Shown: positions 10,034 through 20,564, counted from the first letter of the whole stretch. The stretch is DNA of 63,668 nt, filler included, from 8 parts of 8 records of this genome joined end to end with filler, not necessarily neighbours in it, one strand, 5' to 3'. Notes: a model not told the origin generated them from the letters alone. Made by a program: numbers and translations.

Positions 10034-11266
10034 ATGCTCCGTGTGTACAAATTTGGTGGCGCCTCTGTAAAGGACGCTAAGGCCATTAAAAATATAGAAA
10101 AAATTATCAGTGAACACCCCTCAGAAGAACTTCTTATCGTTGTTTCGGCGATGGGTAAAACAACCAACAAGCTGCAAGATATAGCGAATCTCCGACTTGC
10201 AGGTGTGGTTTACAAAGACCAAATGTGTGCATTAATAGCGGATCATGAAGAAATCTGTCTTGAGCTTTTTCAAAATGTTCCTTTAGAAATAAGGGCACTG
10301 GAAGCCAATCTTGGGACGGCATTGCAAGCTCCTCAAGAGGATGTTCTGGCATTTCAGGATTCGGTCATTGCTTTCGGTGAATTGTTTTCTACAGCAATTA
10401 TTGCGAAATACTTAGGGGCCAAATACCTGGATGCCCGGCACTACGTACGTACAGATGAAACATTTACCGAGGCTGAGGTTGATTGGAGTATAACCTCCAA
10501 ATTCATAAAAAAGGATCTGCCTCAGTGGCTAAGTAAAGGCGTTGTTGTGACTCAGGGTTTCATAGGATCGACATCAAAAGGACAAACAACAACATTGGGA
10601 AGAGAAGGGTCTGACTTTTCTGCAGCAATTTTTGCCAATTGTCTTGGGGCAGAAAGCCTGACGGTTTGGAAAGATGTGCCGGGGCTTTTGAATGCCGACC
10701 CTAAAATTTTCCCTAAGGCAGAAAAATTCGATCACATTTCCTATCAGGAGGTAATAGAGATGACCTATTATGGTGCCAAGGTTATTCACCCAAAAACGAT
10801 TCATCCATTGGCCATGTTGGGGATTCCACTTTATGTGCGTTCATTTCTGACTCCCGACGAGTCAGGAACAGAAATATCTGAACACGAACGACTTGGGCGA
10901 AAAACCTGCTATGTATTCAAAGAAAATCAACTTTTAGTCTCCGTCCGGGTTCGCGACAATAGCTTTATGGACGAACGTAAAATGAGTTTTATACTTCAGG
11001 CACTGGCGCATCTCAATATCAAAGCCAATTTGACCCACAATTCAGCCTTGACTTTTACTTTTTGCATGGATGACAATGCAATGAAACGAGATAAAATTGT
11101 AGACTACCTGAAAGAAGAATTTCAGGTTTTGTACAATGAAAACCTTTGGCTGGCCACAATTAAAAATTATGATTCAGACTCTTTTTCCATGCTTCCAAAA
11201 AATATGGAATGCATCATTGAGGAAAAAACCCGAAACAATTATCAGGTGGTTTACAAACTCGTTTGA
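10034..11266 (+). CDS. lysC: Aspartate kinase
   Basis: KFGGASV, VVSAMGKTT, TTLGREGSD, GAKVIHPKT. Confidence 0.94.
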   Translation: MLRVYKFGGASVKDAKAIKNIEKIISEHPSEELLIVVSAMGKTTNKLQDIANLRLAGVVYKDQMCALIADHEEICLELFQNVPLEIRALEANLGTALQAPQEDVLAFQDSVIAFGELFSTAIIAKYLGAKYLDARHYVRTDETFTEAEVDWSITSKFIKKDLPQWLSKGVVVTQGFIGSTSKGQTTTLGREGSDFSAAIFANCLGAESLTVWKDVPGLLNADPKIFPKAEKFDHISYQEVIEMTYYGAKVIHPKTIHPLAMLGIPLYVRSFLTPDESGTEISEHERLGRKTCYVFKENQLLVSVRVRDNSFMDERKMSFILQALAHLNIKANLTHNSALTFTFCMDDNAMKRDKIVDYLKEEFQVLYNENLWLATIKNYDSDSFSMLPKNMECIIEEKTRNNYQVVYKLV

Positions 11267-11272
11267 GGGTTT

Positions 11273-11743
11273 CTAAATGCTGTGCTTTCCCCGAATGAAG
11301 TTTAGAAAGTTGTCAATCGATCGATCCAGGATTTGATAAACCTCTTCAAATCCATCGTCTCCACCATAATAAGGGTCTGGTACATCCGCTCCTTTATTTT
11401 TATCATCAAACTCGCGCATCAGGTATAATCGCTCAGGTTTTTCACCCACTTCATGTATGATATTTCTAAGGTTGGATGCGTCCATAGCCAAAATGTAATC
11501 AAAGGTTTTAGCATCAACGTAGTGAAACTGACGGCCCTTGTGCGAAATAGGGATATTATGATCATTAGCCGTCTGGATACTTCTGGGGTCTGGATTTTTA
11601 CCAATGTGATAGTTTCCTGTTCCAGCAGAATCTGAGAGAATGCTTTTGGTCAATCCCATTTTTTTAACTTTTTCATTAAAAATGGCTTCAGCCAAAGGGG
11701 ATCGGCAGATGTTGCCAAGGCACACAAATAAAACTTTTATCAT
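11273..11743 (-). CDS. Low-molecular-weight protein-tyrosine phosphatase
   Basis: VCLGNICRSP P-loop, DSAGT, DPYYG. Confidence 0.96.
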   Translation of the reverse strand: MIKVLFVCLGNICRSPLAEAIFNEKVKKMGLTKSILSDSAGTGNYHIGKNPDPRSIQTANDHNIPISHKGRQFHYVDAKTFDYILAMDASNLRNIIHEVGEKPERLYLMREFDDKNKGADVPDPYYGGDDGFEEVYQILDRSIDNFLNFIRGKHSI

Positions 11744-11833
11744 TTTTTTTCAACTAGGTGGTTACCTTTTTTCAGCCCCGGGTATATACTAATGCATAAC
11801 ACAAATTAATTCATACACCTGTTTGACAATTTG

Positions 11834-11865
11834 AAGAGTCCCGAACTATCGGGACTTTTCTTTTT
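11834..11865. terminator. Hairpin terminator (possibly bidirectional)
   Basis: AGTCCCGA-ACTA-TCGGGACT with a T-tract on the plus strand; abuts the stop of the minus-strand outer-membrane protein gene. Confidence 0.65.
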
Positions 11866-11869
11866 ATGC

Positions 11870-13834
11870 CTACTCAAACGGAATCAATCGCGGCTTATAC
11901 TTAAATATATTGTCAAAAGTAATGGGTGTGGAAACCGAAATGCTTATTACAAAATCGTTTGTTTGTTCTGTCGCTATCAGAAATTTGGTTGCTCTTATCT
12001 CAAAGGTGTTAAAAACCAAACTCTCGTTTTTCAGCCGAAGACCCATGCCAATGGAACTAAAATCATGTGTTTCGGCCACCACTCTGTTGTCGACCATGTT
12101 GCTCAAACTCCCATATGCAAACGGTGAAAACCGGAACCCATAAATGTACCATGGAGTATGTACTACAGTTTCCCATCGGATAAATCGTGCTTTCTCACCT
12201 TCAATATCGGGCCCGTTGATGTCCCTGATTCGTGTAGCCAGACTTAAATTTCGTGACGAGGGTTGTCGCACCCCGTTTACGTAACCCATGTTAACGTAAA
12301 ATCGGCTTTTATAGCGGCCAAGCGGGCCATAATTGAAAATAGGGGTGTAATAGGAGAGCGTGGAGCCATAGACACCTGTTTTTAACACGTCTTTAGCAAA
12401 GCCACCAACCTGCTGACTGATAAGGATATATCCGAATTTCTTGAAATACCTCGACCAATAGTATTGAAACCCCATGTAGTTTTGAGTGTAAAATTCATTG
12501 AAGTCTTTTCCGTAAAGTGCTGAGAAGCGATAGCCAACCGGAATATCCTCTGAAACCCCAAACCCATTGACGTAGTTCGATTTGATAAATTTTTGTTTGG
12601 TGTAGGATACCTGACCAAGTACGAACGTGCGGTCATAGTAAATCTCATTGCTGTCGCTGGCTATCGGAGGGCGATCATCGAAGTGGTTGTTTAGCACACG
12701 GCCGGAAAGAATGATGTTCCGCCTTTCGTTTTTTGAATGAAGAAGAAAGGCACGCCCAACCCAAATATCCTTTGTATTTAGTTTGTAAAATCGACCGTCT
12801 TCAACGTCCCCATCCAGTGTAATTGTGGAATCAGTGATCGTTCTGAATTCAACCCCACCACCGTATTTAACCTGTGGAGTAATGAATTCCTTTTGAACAT
12901 TCATTCCATAGTCTTTCTTGTCCCAATAATTCGAGTGGTTTAGTTCCCAACTTGTGATGGCCTTTAGTGAATTTTGACCACCAATTTTAAGCGCATATCC
13001 GTTTGTCGGGTCTGAATGGGTATTGTAAAAATAATTGATTGAACCGTACCTACCTAGACCTGCGATTGACCGGTTGAAAAGTTCAAAATTCAATTGTTTG
13101 ATGTCGTCATACCTGGTCTGGAACCCCCAGCTAAGTTGATCTTTGATGGCAATGATTAGATCAATGTATTCAGAGTTTTCAATTGGTTTGATATAAATTT
13201 TTGCATCTTCCACGTAAAGAAGACCCCTTAGAATCCGCTCAGTATCTGCAAGTGTGAACGGGTTCACTTCCTGTCCCGATTTGATTGGAAGGTTGCTTTT
13301 TAGAACCCAACTGCGTGTGTCAAAATGATATTTATTGGCAAAAATGGAGAGGCCGGATGAAGATGATCGAGAGGTGTCCTGCACACTTCCTTCAAGTATG
13401 TCCACGTGCATAAATCGAATTGAACGAATGATCTTACCAGTGTACTGTCTAAAGGCCATATCACTGGAGAATCCTGACTTTGCAATTTCAGCGGACTGCT
13501 TATCAGGATTGGTGAGAAACAGGTTCGAAATTTTCCTTGTTACTTTATTTCCCCCGGTTCGTTCTTTTAAACTGTTGTAGAAGAGGTCGGAACTGGTGTA
13601 CGGGTTTTTCTGAATCTTGTATCTCGTGTCAGCATCCAAATAGAGTGTAGTGTCGGATTCAGGAGCGATAATCTCATCTTTGAGGATAAGAATCTGGTTC
13701 CTTCGTACCCGGATGGAGTCCCGGATGGAATCCCGGATGGAATCCCCAATCGGCTCAATGCTAAGGTTTGGTTCAGCAATAGCGTGACTGATCAGGCAGA
13801 GTAAAACCGGGGTGATCAGCAAAAACCGTTTCAA
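11870..13834 (-). CDS. BamA/TamA-like (POTRA + beta-barrel) outer-membrane protein
   Basis: Signal peptide; POTRA-like 'LPIKSGQEVNPFTLADTERILRGL.YVEDAKI'; amphipathic beta strands; GLRLKNESLVF near C-terminus. Confidence 0.7.
   Translation of the reverse strand: MKRFLLITPVLLCLISHAIAEPNLSIEPIGDSIRDSIRDSIRVRRNQILILKDEIIAPESDTTLYLDADTRYKIQKNPYTSSDLFYNSLKERTGGNKVTRKISNLFLTNPDKQSAEIAKSGFSSDMAFRQYTGKIIRSIRFMHVDILEGSVQDTSRSSSSGLSIFANKYHFDTRSWVLKSNLPIKSGQEVNPFTLADTERILRGLLYVEDAKIYIKPIENSEYIDLIIAIKDQLSWGFQTRYDDIKQLNFELFNRSIAGLGRYGSINYFYNTHSDPTNGYALKIGGQNSLKAITSWELNHSNYWDKKDYGMNVQKEFITPQVKYGGGVEFRTITDSTITLDGDVEDGRFYKLNTKDIWVGRAFLLHSKNERRNIILSGRVLNNHFDDRPPIASDSNEIYYDRTFVLGQVSYTKQKFIKSNYVNGFGVSEDIPVGYRFSALYGKDFNEFYTQNYMGFQYYWSRYFKKFGYILISQQVGGFAKDVLKTGVYGSTLSYYTPIFNYGPLGRYKSRFYVNMGYVNGVRQPSSRNLSLATRIRDINGPDIEGEKARFIRWETVVHTPWYIYGFRFSPFAYGSLSNMVDNRVVAETHDFSSIGMGLRLKNESLVFNTFEIRATKFLIATEQTNDFVISISVSTPITFDNIFKYKPRLIPFE
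13709..13744. repeat. 12-bp tandem repeat x3 encoding (DSIR)3
   Basis: CCGGATGGAGTC CCGGATGGAATC CCGGATGGAATC. Confidence 0.9.
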
Positions 13835-13859
13835 TCAAAAATGCTAGTTGGATGTAAAC

Positions 13860-13889
13860 AAAAAACCCTGACGTTTTTCGTCAGGGTTT
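13860..13889 (-). terminator. Intrinsic terminator of DUF6588 gene
   Basis: AAACCCTGACG-TTTTT-CGTCAGGGTTT with a T-run on the minus strand. Confidence 0.8.
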
Positions 13890-13911
13890 AAACTTATTCA
13901 ATTTTTTCTGA

Positions 13912-14457
13912 TTATCGAATGCTAAGTCCAACTCCGGCTGTGAGGGTGTTGTATTCCTGTAACGAATAATCTACACTAAACGTCAAAATTAGAAGTTTCA
14001 AACGGGCACCTATATTGGCCTTCATACCTCCGTTATTGCTGGTTATGCTAATTGGATCCGGGTTATTTGGTACTTGCTCATATTCTCCCAACATTTTGAA
14101 TTCTGTTTTGGAGGTGGTAAAACCAAGTCCACCGTAAACAGTAAGTACTGCCAGTTTCTTGGAAATAATACCTTGCATGGTTGTTCCTTTTACATTGAAT
14201 ACTGCGGATTGTCCTGCGTCTTCATCGATATTGGCTACTGTTTCAAGGCTGTTGTATGCGAAGAAGCCAGATAGATCGAATGGAAGGTTCTTGATTCCAG
14301 GAATCCATTGCTTCACATCGTGCATTACCCCGAATCCGAACATTTTCACAGAGTTTCCATCAAAGGATTGTTCAGGAACCAGTCTGATTTTAAGTTCGGT
14401 GTTTTTGATTAGACCAATACCGAATTGTGCATAAGGAGCAGGAACGGCTAGAATAGG
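13912..14457 (-). CDS. DUF6588-like outer-membrane beta-barrel protein, 5'-truncated
   Basis: Frame open to contig end: VPAPYAQFGIGLIKNTELKIRLVP...GFGVMHDVKQW...YNTLTAGVGLSIR. Confidence 0.7.
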   Translation of the reverse strand, partial: PILAVPAPYAQFGIGLIKNTELKIRLVPEQSFDGNSVKMFGFGVMHDVKQWIPGIKNLPFDLSGFFAYNSLETVANIDEDAGQSAVFNVKGTTMQGIISKKLAVLTVYGGLGFTTSKTEFKMLGEYEQVPNNPDPISITSNNGGMKANIGARLKLLILTFSVDYSLQEYNTLTAGVGLSIR

Positions 14458-14459
14458 AA

Positions 14460-14559
14460 NNNNNNNNNNNNNNNNNNNNNNNNNNNNNNNNNNNNNNNNN
14501 NNNTTAATTAATTAANNNNNNNNNNNNNNNNNNNNNNNNNNNNNNNNNNNNNNNNNNNN
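14460..14559. other. Artificial contig-joining spacer
   Basis: 44 N + TTAATTAATTAA (stops in all six frames) + 44 N; GC content jumps across it. Confidence 0.99.
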
Positions 14560-14561
14560 CG

Positions 14562-14903
14562 CCGACGGTGTTGTCCAACGTGCCGGAAACCGCCGATTGC
14601 GTGCGCGATGAGATCTTTGGCCCCGTCGCCGCAATCCAGACATTTGCCGATCAGGACGAGGTGATCCAGCGCGCCAATGACACCGAATACGGGCTGGTTG
14701 CCTATGTCTTTTCCGGCGACATGAAACGCGCGCTGCATGTTTGCGAACGGCTGGAATACGGCATGGTCGGGCTGAACCGGGGTCTGGTGTCTGATCCGGC
14801 AGCCCCGTTCGGTGGGGTCAAACAATCCGGCCTGGGTCGCGAAGGCGGACATGAAGGGATGCTTGAGTTCATGGAAACCCAATACATCTCGGCGGCGTGG
14901 TGA
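14562..14903 (+). CDS. NAD-dependent aldehyde dehydrogenase (succinate-semialdehyde DH-like), 5'-truncated
   Basis: EIFGPV, ANDTEYGLVAYVF, APFGGVKQSGLGREG. Confidence 0.9.
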   Translation, partial: PTVLSNVPETADCVRDEIFGPVAAIQTFADQDEVIQRANDTEYGLVAYVFSGDMKRALHVCERLEYGMVGLNRGLVSDPAAPFGGVKQSGLGREGGHEGMLEFMETQYISAAW

Positions 14904-15787
14904 TGGCGATGCGAGAGGTGATCGCCGCCCCGTCCGTCCGCGCCCTGGCTCTGGAAAAGGGCATAGATCTGAACGCACTGGCCCGCGATCTGGGCCGAAC
15001 CACCATTGCGCGTGAGGATCTGGAACGCGGCCCACCCGCCGCCGCGCCGACGTCCGACACCTCTTATTGGCAGGTCGACCACGCGTCCTACGGCCCGGTC
15101 GAGACACAACCGATGAGCCGGTTTGCCCAGGTCTCCGCCGCGAACCTGTCAGCGGCAAATGCGCAAATCCCCCAAGTCACCCACCACGACCGCGCCGATG
15201 TTTCCGCCATCGAGAGCTTTCGCAAGAGCCTGAAACCAGAGGCAGAGGCGCGCGGCGTCAGGCTGACCGGGCTGGCATTTCACGTCATGGCGCTGGCGCG
15301 GGCGCTGCGGGACTATCCACGCTTTAACGCCTCACTGTCCGCCGATGGCAAGTCGCTGATCCTGAAAAACTATGTCCATATCGGCATTGCCGTCGATACC
15401 GAACATGGCCTGATGGTGCCGGTCCTGCGCGATGCGGGCAAAAAGGGGCTGTGGCAGATCGCGGAAGACATCGCCGATCTGGCCACCCGCGCACAAAGCC
15501 GCAAGATCGGACCGGATGAGATGGGCGGCGGGTCAATGACGATCACCAATCTGGGTGGCATCGGCGGCCGTGCCTTTACGCCCATCGTGAACCCGCCAGA
15601 GGTGGCAATCCTGGGCATCACCCGCACAGAGATGACGCCGCAATGGGACGGCACCGCGTTCCAGCCGGTGCCGATGGTGCCACTGGATCTGAGCTATGAT
15701 CACCGCGTGATCAATGGCGCAGAGGCGGCTCGGTTTACCTCTCGCCTGTGTGCCCTGCTGGCGGACCCGCGCCGCCTGGTGATCTGA
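14903..15787 (+). CDS. 2-oxoacid dehydrogenase E2 acyltransferase lacking a lipoyl domain
   Basis: PSBD-like AAPSVRALALEKGIDL; GLMVPVLR, TITNLGGIG, SYDHRVINGA; TGATG overlap with upstream stop. Confidence 0.88.
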   Translation: MAMREVIAAPSVRALALEKGIDLNALARDLGRTTIAREDLERGPPAAAPTSDTSYWQVDHASYGPVETQPMSRFAQVSAANLSAANAQIPQVTHHDRADVSAIESFRKSLKPEAEARGVRLTGLAFHVMALARALRDYPRFNASLSADGKSLILKNYVHIGIAVDTEHGLMVPVLRDAGKKGLWQIAEDIADLATRAQSRKIGPDEMGGGSMTITNLGGIGGRAFTPIVNPPEVAILGITRTEMTPQWDGTAFQPVPMVPLDLSYDHRVINGAEAARFTSRLCALLADPRRLVI

Positions 15788-15845
15788 CGCACATCACGAC
15801 GCCGACCTACTGGTCGGCCTCGCACACCAACCGGCCACAGGCGCA

Positions 15846-16037
15846 TCAGAACACCCAGACTTCGGGGGCGAAGTTTGCTGACTCTGCGATGGTCCCCGAT
15901 CGCGCTTGCCACGTTCTGAATCGGACTGGCCTGATGCCCCTAAAGGCCGTCTTGCGGACTGGGCTGGCACGTCTGCGGCTGATGCGACTGATCTCGGTCA
16001 AGGCGGCTCTGGGATTGATGCCCATGATGGTCCGCAT
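15846..16037 (-). CDS. Small basic hypothetical protein (63 aa)
   Basis: GAGGG RBS before ATG 16037; fills an intergenic gap; Arg-rich. Confidence 0.45.
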   Translation of the reverse strand: MRTIMGINPRAALTEISRISRRRASPVRKTAFRGIRPVRFRTWQARSGTIAESANFAPEVWVF

Positions 16038-16254
16038 GAACTCACCCTCTTCACGCGCAGATTCACCCATAACACTCCGTCGATCCGGAGATAGACAGCC
16101 CTGTCCCCGGCCTTCGCGGACGTCCTTGGCATCTCAACGATGCTGACTCTGGTCGTCACACCCGCCATGTTGTCTCTGAGTGAGACAGAGGCGCGGCCGG
16201 CGCAGCCACCCCAGGCCATTGCCGCGCCACAGGCAACTTGAGGCGGTCCAGCAG

Positions 16255-16965
16255 ATGCAGACACCCCTTGCGTTTACCACACGCGGCCTGACCAAGGTCT
16301 ATGGCGAAGGGCGCTCTGCCGTCCACGCCCTGCGCGGTGTCGATCTGGAAATCCCGCAGGGTGAGATCGTCGTACTACTGGGCCCCTCCGGCTCCGGCAA
16401 ATCAACCCTGCTGAACATCATCGGCGGACTGGACCGCGCGACCGACGGCACAGCCCATTTCCGCGATCAATCCCTGTCAGAGATGAGCGACGCGGAACTG
16501 ACGCGCTACCGGCGCGACCACGTCGGTTTTGTGTTTCAGTTCTACAACCTGATGCCCAGCCTGACGGCGCAGGAGAACGTCGAACTGGTGACCGAAATCG
16601 CGGCCAACCCGATGGACCCGGACGCCGCCTTGGCGCTGGTTGGCCTGAAGGAACGCACCGACCACTTTCCGGCGCAACTGTCGGGCGGCGAACAACAGCG
16701 TGTCGCCATAGCGCGCGCCATCGCCAAACAGCCAGAGGTGCTGTTCTGCGATGAACCGACCGGCGCTCTGGACAGCACCACAGGCCGCGCCGTGCTCGAG
16801 GTGTTGCGGGACGTGAATGCGCGGCTCGGCTCGACCGTGCTGATGGTGACGCACAACGCCAACACCGCTGCCATGGCCGACCGGGTGATCCATTTCGCCG
16901 ATGGCGGCATCCGCGAGGTTGTCCGCAACCCCACCAAGCTCAGCCCTTCGGAGATCGAGTGGTGA
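16255..16965 (+). CDS. ABC transporter ATP-binding protein (MacB/LolD-like)
   Basis: [27 protein letters not shown]; start moved to ATG 16255 after GAGG. Confidence 0.94.
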   Translation: MQTPLAFTTRGLTKVYGEGRSAVHALRGVDLEIPQGEIVVLLGPSGSGKSTLLNIIGGLDRATDGTAHFRDQSLSEMSDAELTRYRRDHVGFVFQFYNLMPSLTAQENVELVTEIAANPMDPDAALALVGLKERTDHFPAQLSGGEQQRVAIARAIAKQPEVLFCDEPTGALDSTTGRAVLEVLRDVNARLGSTVLMVTHNANTAAMADRVIHFADGGIREVVRNPTKLSPSEIEW

Positions 16966-19325
16966 GCCCGCTGGACCACAAGCTGCTGCGCGATCTCTGG
17001 CGCATCAAAGGTCAGGCCATCGCCATCGGGGCGGTGATTGCCGTCGGCGTCATGATGCTGGTCATGATGACTGGCCTGACCTCCTCGCTGACCCAGACCC
17101 GAGACGCGTATTATGAACGCTACCGGCTGGCCGATGTCTTTGCGCCGGTCAGCCGCGCGCCGGAACGCCTTGGCAGCAGGCTGGCAGCGATCCCCGGCGT
17201 GGCCTCTGTGCAGACCCGCGTACAGGGCCGCGCGCTGATCGACCTGTCGGGGCAGGTTCTGCCGGTGCAGGCGCAGGCAATGTCCCTGCCAGACCGCGGG
17301 CGACCGGCGTTGAACGATGTCTATCTGACCGACGGGCGGATGCCGGCGGCGGGGCGTCCCGATGAAATCCTGTTGTTGCAGAGCTTTGCCGCCGCCCATG
17401 ACCTGCGCCCCGGCGACAGCCTGCGCGCCACGATGAACGGCGCGCGGCGCAGCTTTGACATTGTCGGCCTCGCCCAAAGCCCCGAGTTTTTGTACATCAC
17501 CGCCCCGGGAGAGTTGATCCCCGATGACGCCCGGTTCGGCGTGATCTGGATGAGCCGCGCAGGCCTGTCCGCCGCCTACGACATGTCGGGTGCCTTCAAT
17601 GAGGCGCTGATCGGGCTGTCGCGCGGGGCCAGCGAACCGGCGGTCATGGCGGCCATCGACCGCGTGCTGACCGCCTACGGCGGGACCGGCGCCTATCCAC
17701 TGGCAGATCAGACCTCAAACCGCTTTGTCTCGGAAGAGATCGCCGGGTTGGAGGCCGCCGCCACCGGCGTGCCGCCGATCTTTCTGATGGTCGCGGCCTT
17801 TCTGCTGTATATCGTGATCAGCCGCATCGTGCAGGCCGAACGCGGCCAGATCGGCCTGATGAAGGCGTTTGGCTATACCAACACAGAGGTCGGGGCCCAT
17901 TACTTCAAGCTGGTGATAGCCATTGCGGTGGGCGGCGCGCTGGCCGGGTGTCTGGCGGGCATCGGCACAGGGCGCGCAATGGTCGGGTTATACACCACCT
18001 ACTACAAGTTTCCCTTTCTGGTTTTCCAACTGGACCCGGCCTCGTTTGTGATCGGCGTCGCGGTCAGTATCCTGTCGGCCTCAGTCGGCGGGCTGCTGGT
18101 GTTGCGGCAGGTTTTTGCCCTGACACCCGCCGATGCGATGCGCACACCGACGCCGCCCGATTTCAGCCGCACGGGCCGGATGGGTCGGGCCATCGGCAGT
18201 GTTCTGGATCAACCCTCGCGCATGGTCATGCGCCGCATCACCCGGCAACCTGTCAGGATGGCGGGGGCGATGATCGGCATCGCCAGCGGCATGGCGCTGT
18301 CGGTGTCCATGATCACGATCTATGCGGGCTTCGATCAGACCATCGATCTGACCTTTTCCGTGGTCGACCGCAGCGATGTGACCGTCAGCTTTACCCACCC
18401 GGTCAGCGACAAGACCCTGTTCGAACTGGCCCGCCTGCCCGGCGTTCAGCGGGTGGAACCTGTCCGCAACGTGGCCGTCGTGTTGCGCAACGGCGTGAAC
18501 AGCTATCGCGGCGCGCTGACCGGATTGCCGGAGAATCCGACACTGAACCGCGCACTGGATGACCGGATGCAGCCCATCGCCCTGCCCCAAGGCGGCGTTG
18601 TCCTGTCCCGCGTGCTGGCGGACATGCTGGACATCCAGCCCGGTGATACGCTGGGCGTCGATGTCCGCGAAGGCCGCCAACCGCTGTTGGACCTGCCCGT
18701 CTCCGGCATTGCGGAATCGCTGCTGGGCGCCCCGGCCTACATGGGGCTGGATGCACTCAACGCCGCCCTGCGGGAGCCGGGGCGCGTGTCGGGGGCCTAT
18801 CTGATGATCGACGAGGCACAGGGGGACCCAATTTTTGCCGCCTTGCAGGACATGCCCACCGTTGCGGGCGTCAGCCTGAAATCGCAGGCACGCGATGCCT
18901 TTGTGACCTTGATGAACACCGGCGCGGGGGCGATCCGCTATGTGATGGGGGCGCTTGCCTTTGTCATCACCTTTGGCATTGTCTACAACGCCGCCCGCAT
19001 CGCACTGGCCGAACGCGCCCGCGATCTGGCCAGCTTGCGAGTGATCGGTTTTAGCAAAGGGGAAACCGCTTTTGTGCTGCTCGGTGAGCTTGCGGTTGTG
19101 ACCCTCGTCGCGCTGCCAGTGGGCGCGCTCATGGGCTACTACATGTCCTTCGGCATCGCCGCAGGCTTTTCGACCGACCTCTATCAAATCCCCGCCAACT
19201 TTGATCCTGTCAGCTATGGGCAGGCAACGCTGGTCGTGCTGACCGCTGCAGTGGTATCCGGCTGGCTGGTGAAACGCGATCTGGACCGCACCGACCTGAT
19301 CCAAGCCCTCAAGACCCGGGAGTAA
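16962..19325 (+). CDS. ABC transporter permease (duplicated MacB/FtsX)
   Basis: Two FtsX-like repeats ([25 protein letters not shown]); GTGA overlap. Confidence 0.92.
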   Translation: MSPLDHKLLRDLWRIKGQAIAIGAVIAVGVMMLVMMTGLTSSLTQTRDAYYERYRLADVFAPVSRAPERLGSRLAAIPGVASVQTRVQGRALIDLSGQVLPVQAQAMSLPDRGRPALNDVYLTDGRMPAAGRPDEILLLQSFAAAHDLRPGDSLRATMNGARRSFDIVGLAQSPEFLYITAPGELIPDDARFGVIWMSRAGLSAAYDMSGAFNEALIGLSRGASEPAVMAAIDRVLTAYGGTGAYPLADQTSNRFVSEEIAGLEAAATGVPPIFLMVAAFLLYIVISRIVQAERGQIGLMKAFGYTNTEVGAHYFKLVIAIAVGGALAGCLAGIGTGRAMVGLYTTYYKFPFLVFQLDPASFVIGVAVSILSASVGGLLVLRQVFALTPADAMRTPTPPDFSRTGRMGRAIGSVLDQPSRMVMRRITRQPVRMAGAMIGIASGMALSVSMITIYAGFDQTIDLTFSVVDRSDVTVSFTHPVSDKTLFELARLPGVQRVEPVRNVAVVLRNGVNSYRGALTGLPENPTLNRALDDRMQPIALPQGGVVLSRVLADMLDIQPGDTLGVDVREGRQPLLDLPVSGIAESLLGAPAYMGLDALNAALREPGRVSGAYLMIDEAQGDPIFAALQDMPTVAGVSLKSQARDAFVTLMNTGAGAIRYVMGALAFVITFGIVYNAARIALAERARDLASLRVIGFSKGETAFVLLGELAVVTLVALPVGALMGYYMSFGIAAGFSTDLYQIPANFDPVSYGQATLVVLTAAVVSGWLVKRDLDRTDLIQALKTRE

Positions 19326-19328
19326 CCA

Positions 19329-20564
19329 ATGGCCAAAGCAAAGAAGCGGTCCCGCCTTGTGCTGACACTGATCACCGTCGCTTTGGTGGCGGGCGCCCTC
19401 ACAGCGGCCTTCTGGCCCCGGCCGCTGCTGGTGGATCTGGGCACAGTGACCCGCGGCCCGATGCAGGTCACCATCGACGAAGAGGGCCGCACCCGCGTGG
19501 CAGAGGCCTATGTGGTCTCGACCCCGGTTGCCGGGCGGTTGCTGCGCGTTCAGGTCAATCCGGGCGATCCGGTTGTGCGCGGCAAGACAGTTGTGGCGCA
19601 TATGCGCCCCTCAAATCCGTCCGCACTGGACGTGCGCACCCGCGAACAGGCACTGGCCGCCGTTCAGGCCGCCGAAGCGGCGCTGCGGGTGGCACGCGCC
19701 GATCTGAATGCGGCCATCGCCAACCGCGATCTGGCCAACTCGGAACTGTCGCGGACGGTACAATTGAACGAACGGCTGGTGGCCAGCGCCGCCGAACTGT
19801 ATCTCGCCCGCCAGAACGCCCGCGTCGCCGAGGCCTCGGTCGAGACGTCAGAGGCGGCCATCTCCATGCGCGAGGCCGATCTGGCCAACGCCCGCGCCCA
19901 GTTGATCGGGTTTGACGATCAGGGGCTGGCGGCGGCGATCAACGGCAACGCAAGCGACGACATCCCGCTGCACGCGCCCGCCGACGGGCGCATTCTGCGC
20001 GTCATTCAACAAAGTGAAACAACCCTGCCCGCCGGGGCCGCCATCATGGAAATCGGCGACGTACACAGCGATCTGGAGGTGGTGGTAGAATTGATCTCAT
20101 CCGATGCGGTGCAGATTGCAACGGGCGCGCCGGTGATCATCGACGACTGGGGCGGAGTGGCCCCCTTGCAAGGCGAAGTCCGCCGCATCGACCCCTTCGG
20201 CATTACCAAGTTCTCTGCCTTGGGGGTCGAAGAACAGCGCGTTCCCGTCACCGTCGCCCTGACGGACCCGTCAGAGATCCGCAGCGGCCTTGGCCACGGC
20301 TACCGCGTCGAGACGCGCATTGTCATCTGGAGCGATGAGGACGCGCTGAAAGTCCCGGCAAGCGCCCTGTTTCGTGCAAACGACGGCTGGGCGGTCTTTG
20401 TCATGCTCGATGGTGTGGCAGGGCGCCGAACCGTCGAGATCGGACGCAACAACGGCATCGACGCCGAAGTGCTTGGCGGCCTGAATGCCGGAGATCGGGT
20501 CGTCTTGTACCCCTCTGCCGCGATTGAGGACGGCGCATCCATCGCGCCCCGCAGCCTGGACTGA
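19329..20564 (+). CDS. Efflux periplasmic adaptor (HlyD/MacA-like)
   Basis: N-terminal TM, alpha-hairpin, APADGRIL, SALGVEEQRV, VPASALFR. Confidence 0.92.
   Translation: MAKAKKRSRLVLTLITVALVAGALTAAFWPRPLLVDLGTVTRGPMQVTIDEEGRTRVAEAYVVSTPVAGRLLRVQVNPGDPVVRGKTVVAHMRPSNPSALDVRTREQALAAVQAAEAALRVARADLNAAIANRDLANSELSRTVQLNERLVASAAELYLARQNARVAEASVETSEAAISMREADLANARAQLIGFDDQGLAAAINGNASDDIPLHAPADGRILRVIQQSETTLPAGAAIMEIGDVHSDLEVVVELISSDAVQIATGAPVIIDDWGGVAPLQGEVRRIDPFGITKFSALGVEEQRVPVTVALTDPSEIRSGLGHGYRVETRIVIWSDEDALKVPASALFRANDGWAVFVMLDGVAGRRTVEIGRNNGIDAEVLGGLNAGDRVVLYPSAAIEDGASIAPRSLD

Noticed and set aside
14508-15158. ORFs ending in X runs with no recognisable family (also 45813-46553, 53885-54190, 36588-36821, 36814-37005)
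   Set aside because: Shadow frames terminated by the linker; they overlap well-supported genes.
16542-19601. Long antisense ORFs (311 aa, 506 aa) over the ABC exporter
   Set aside because: Expected stop-codon scarcity on the antisense strand of GC-rich genes; no motifs.
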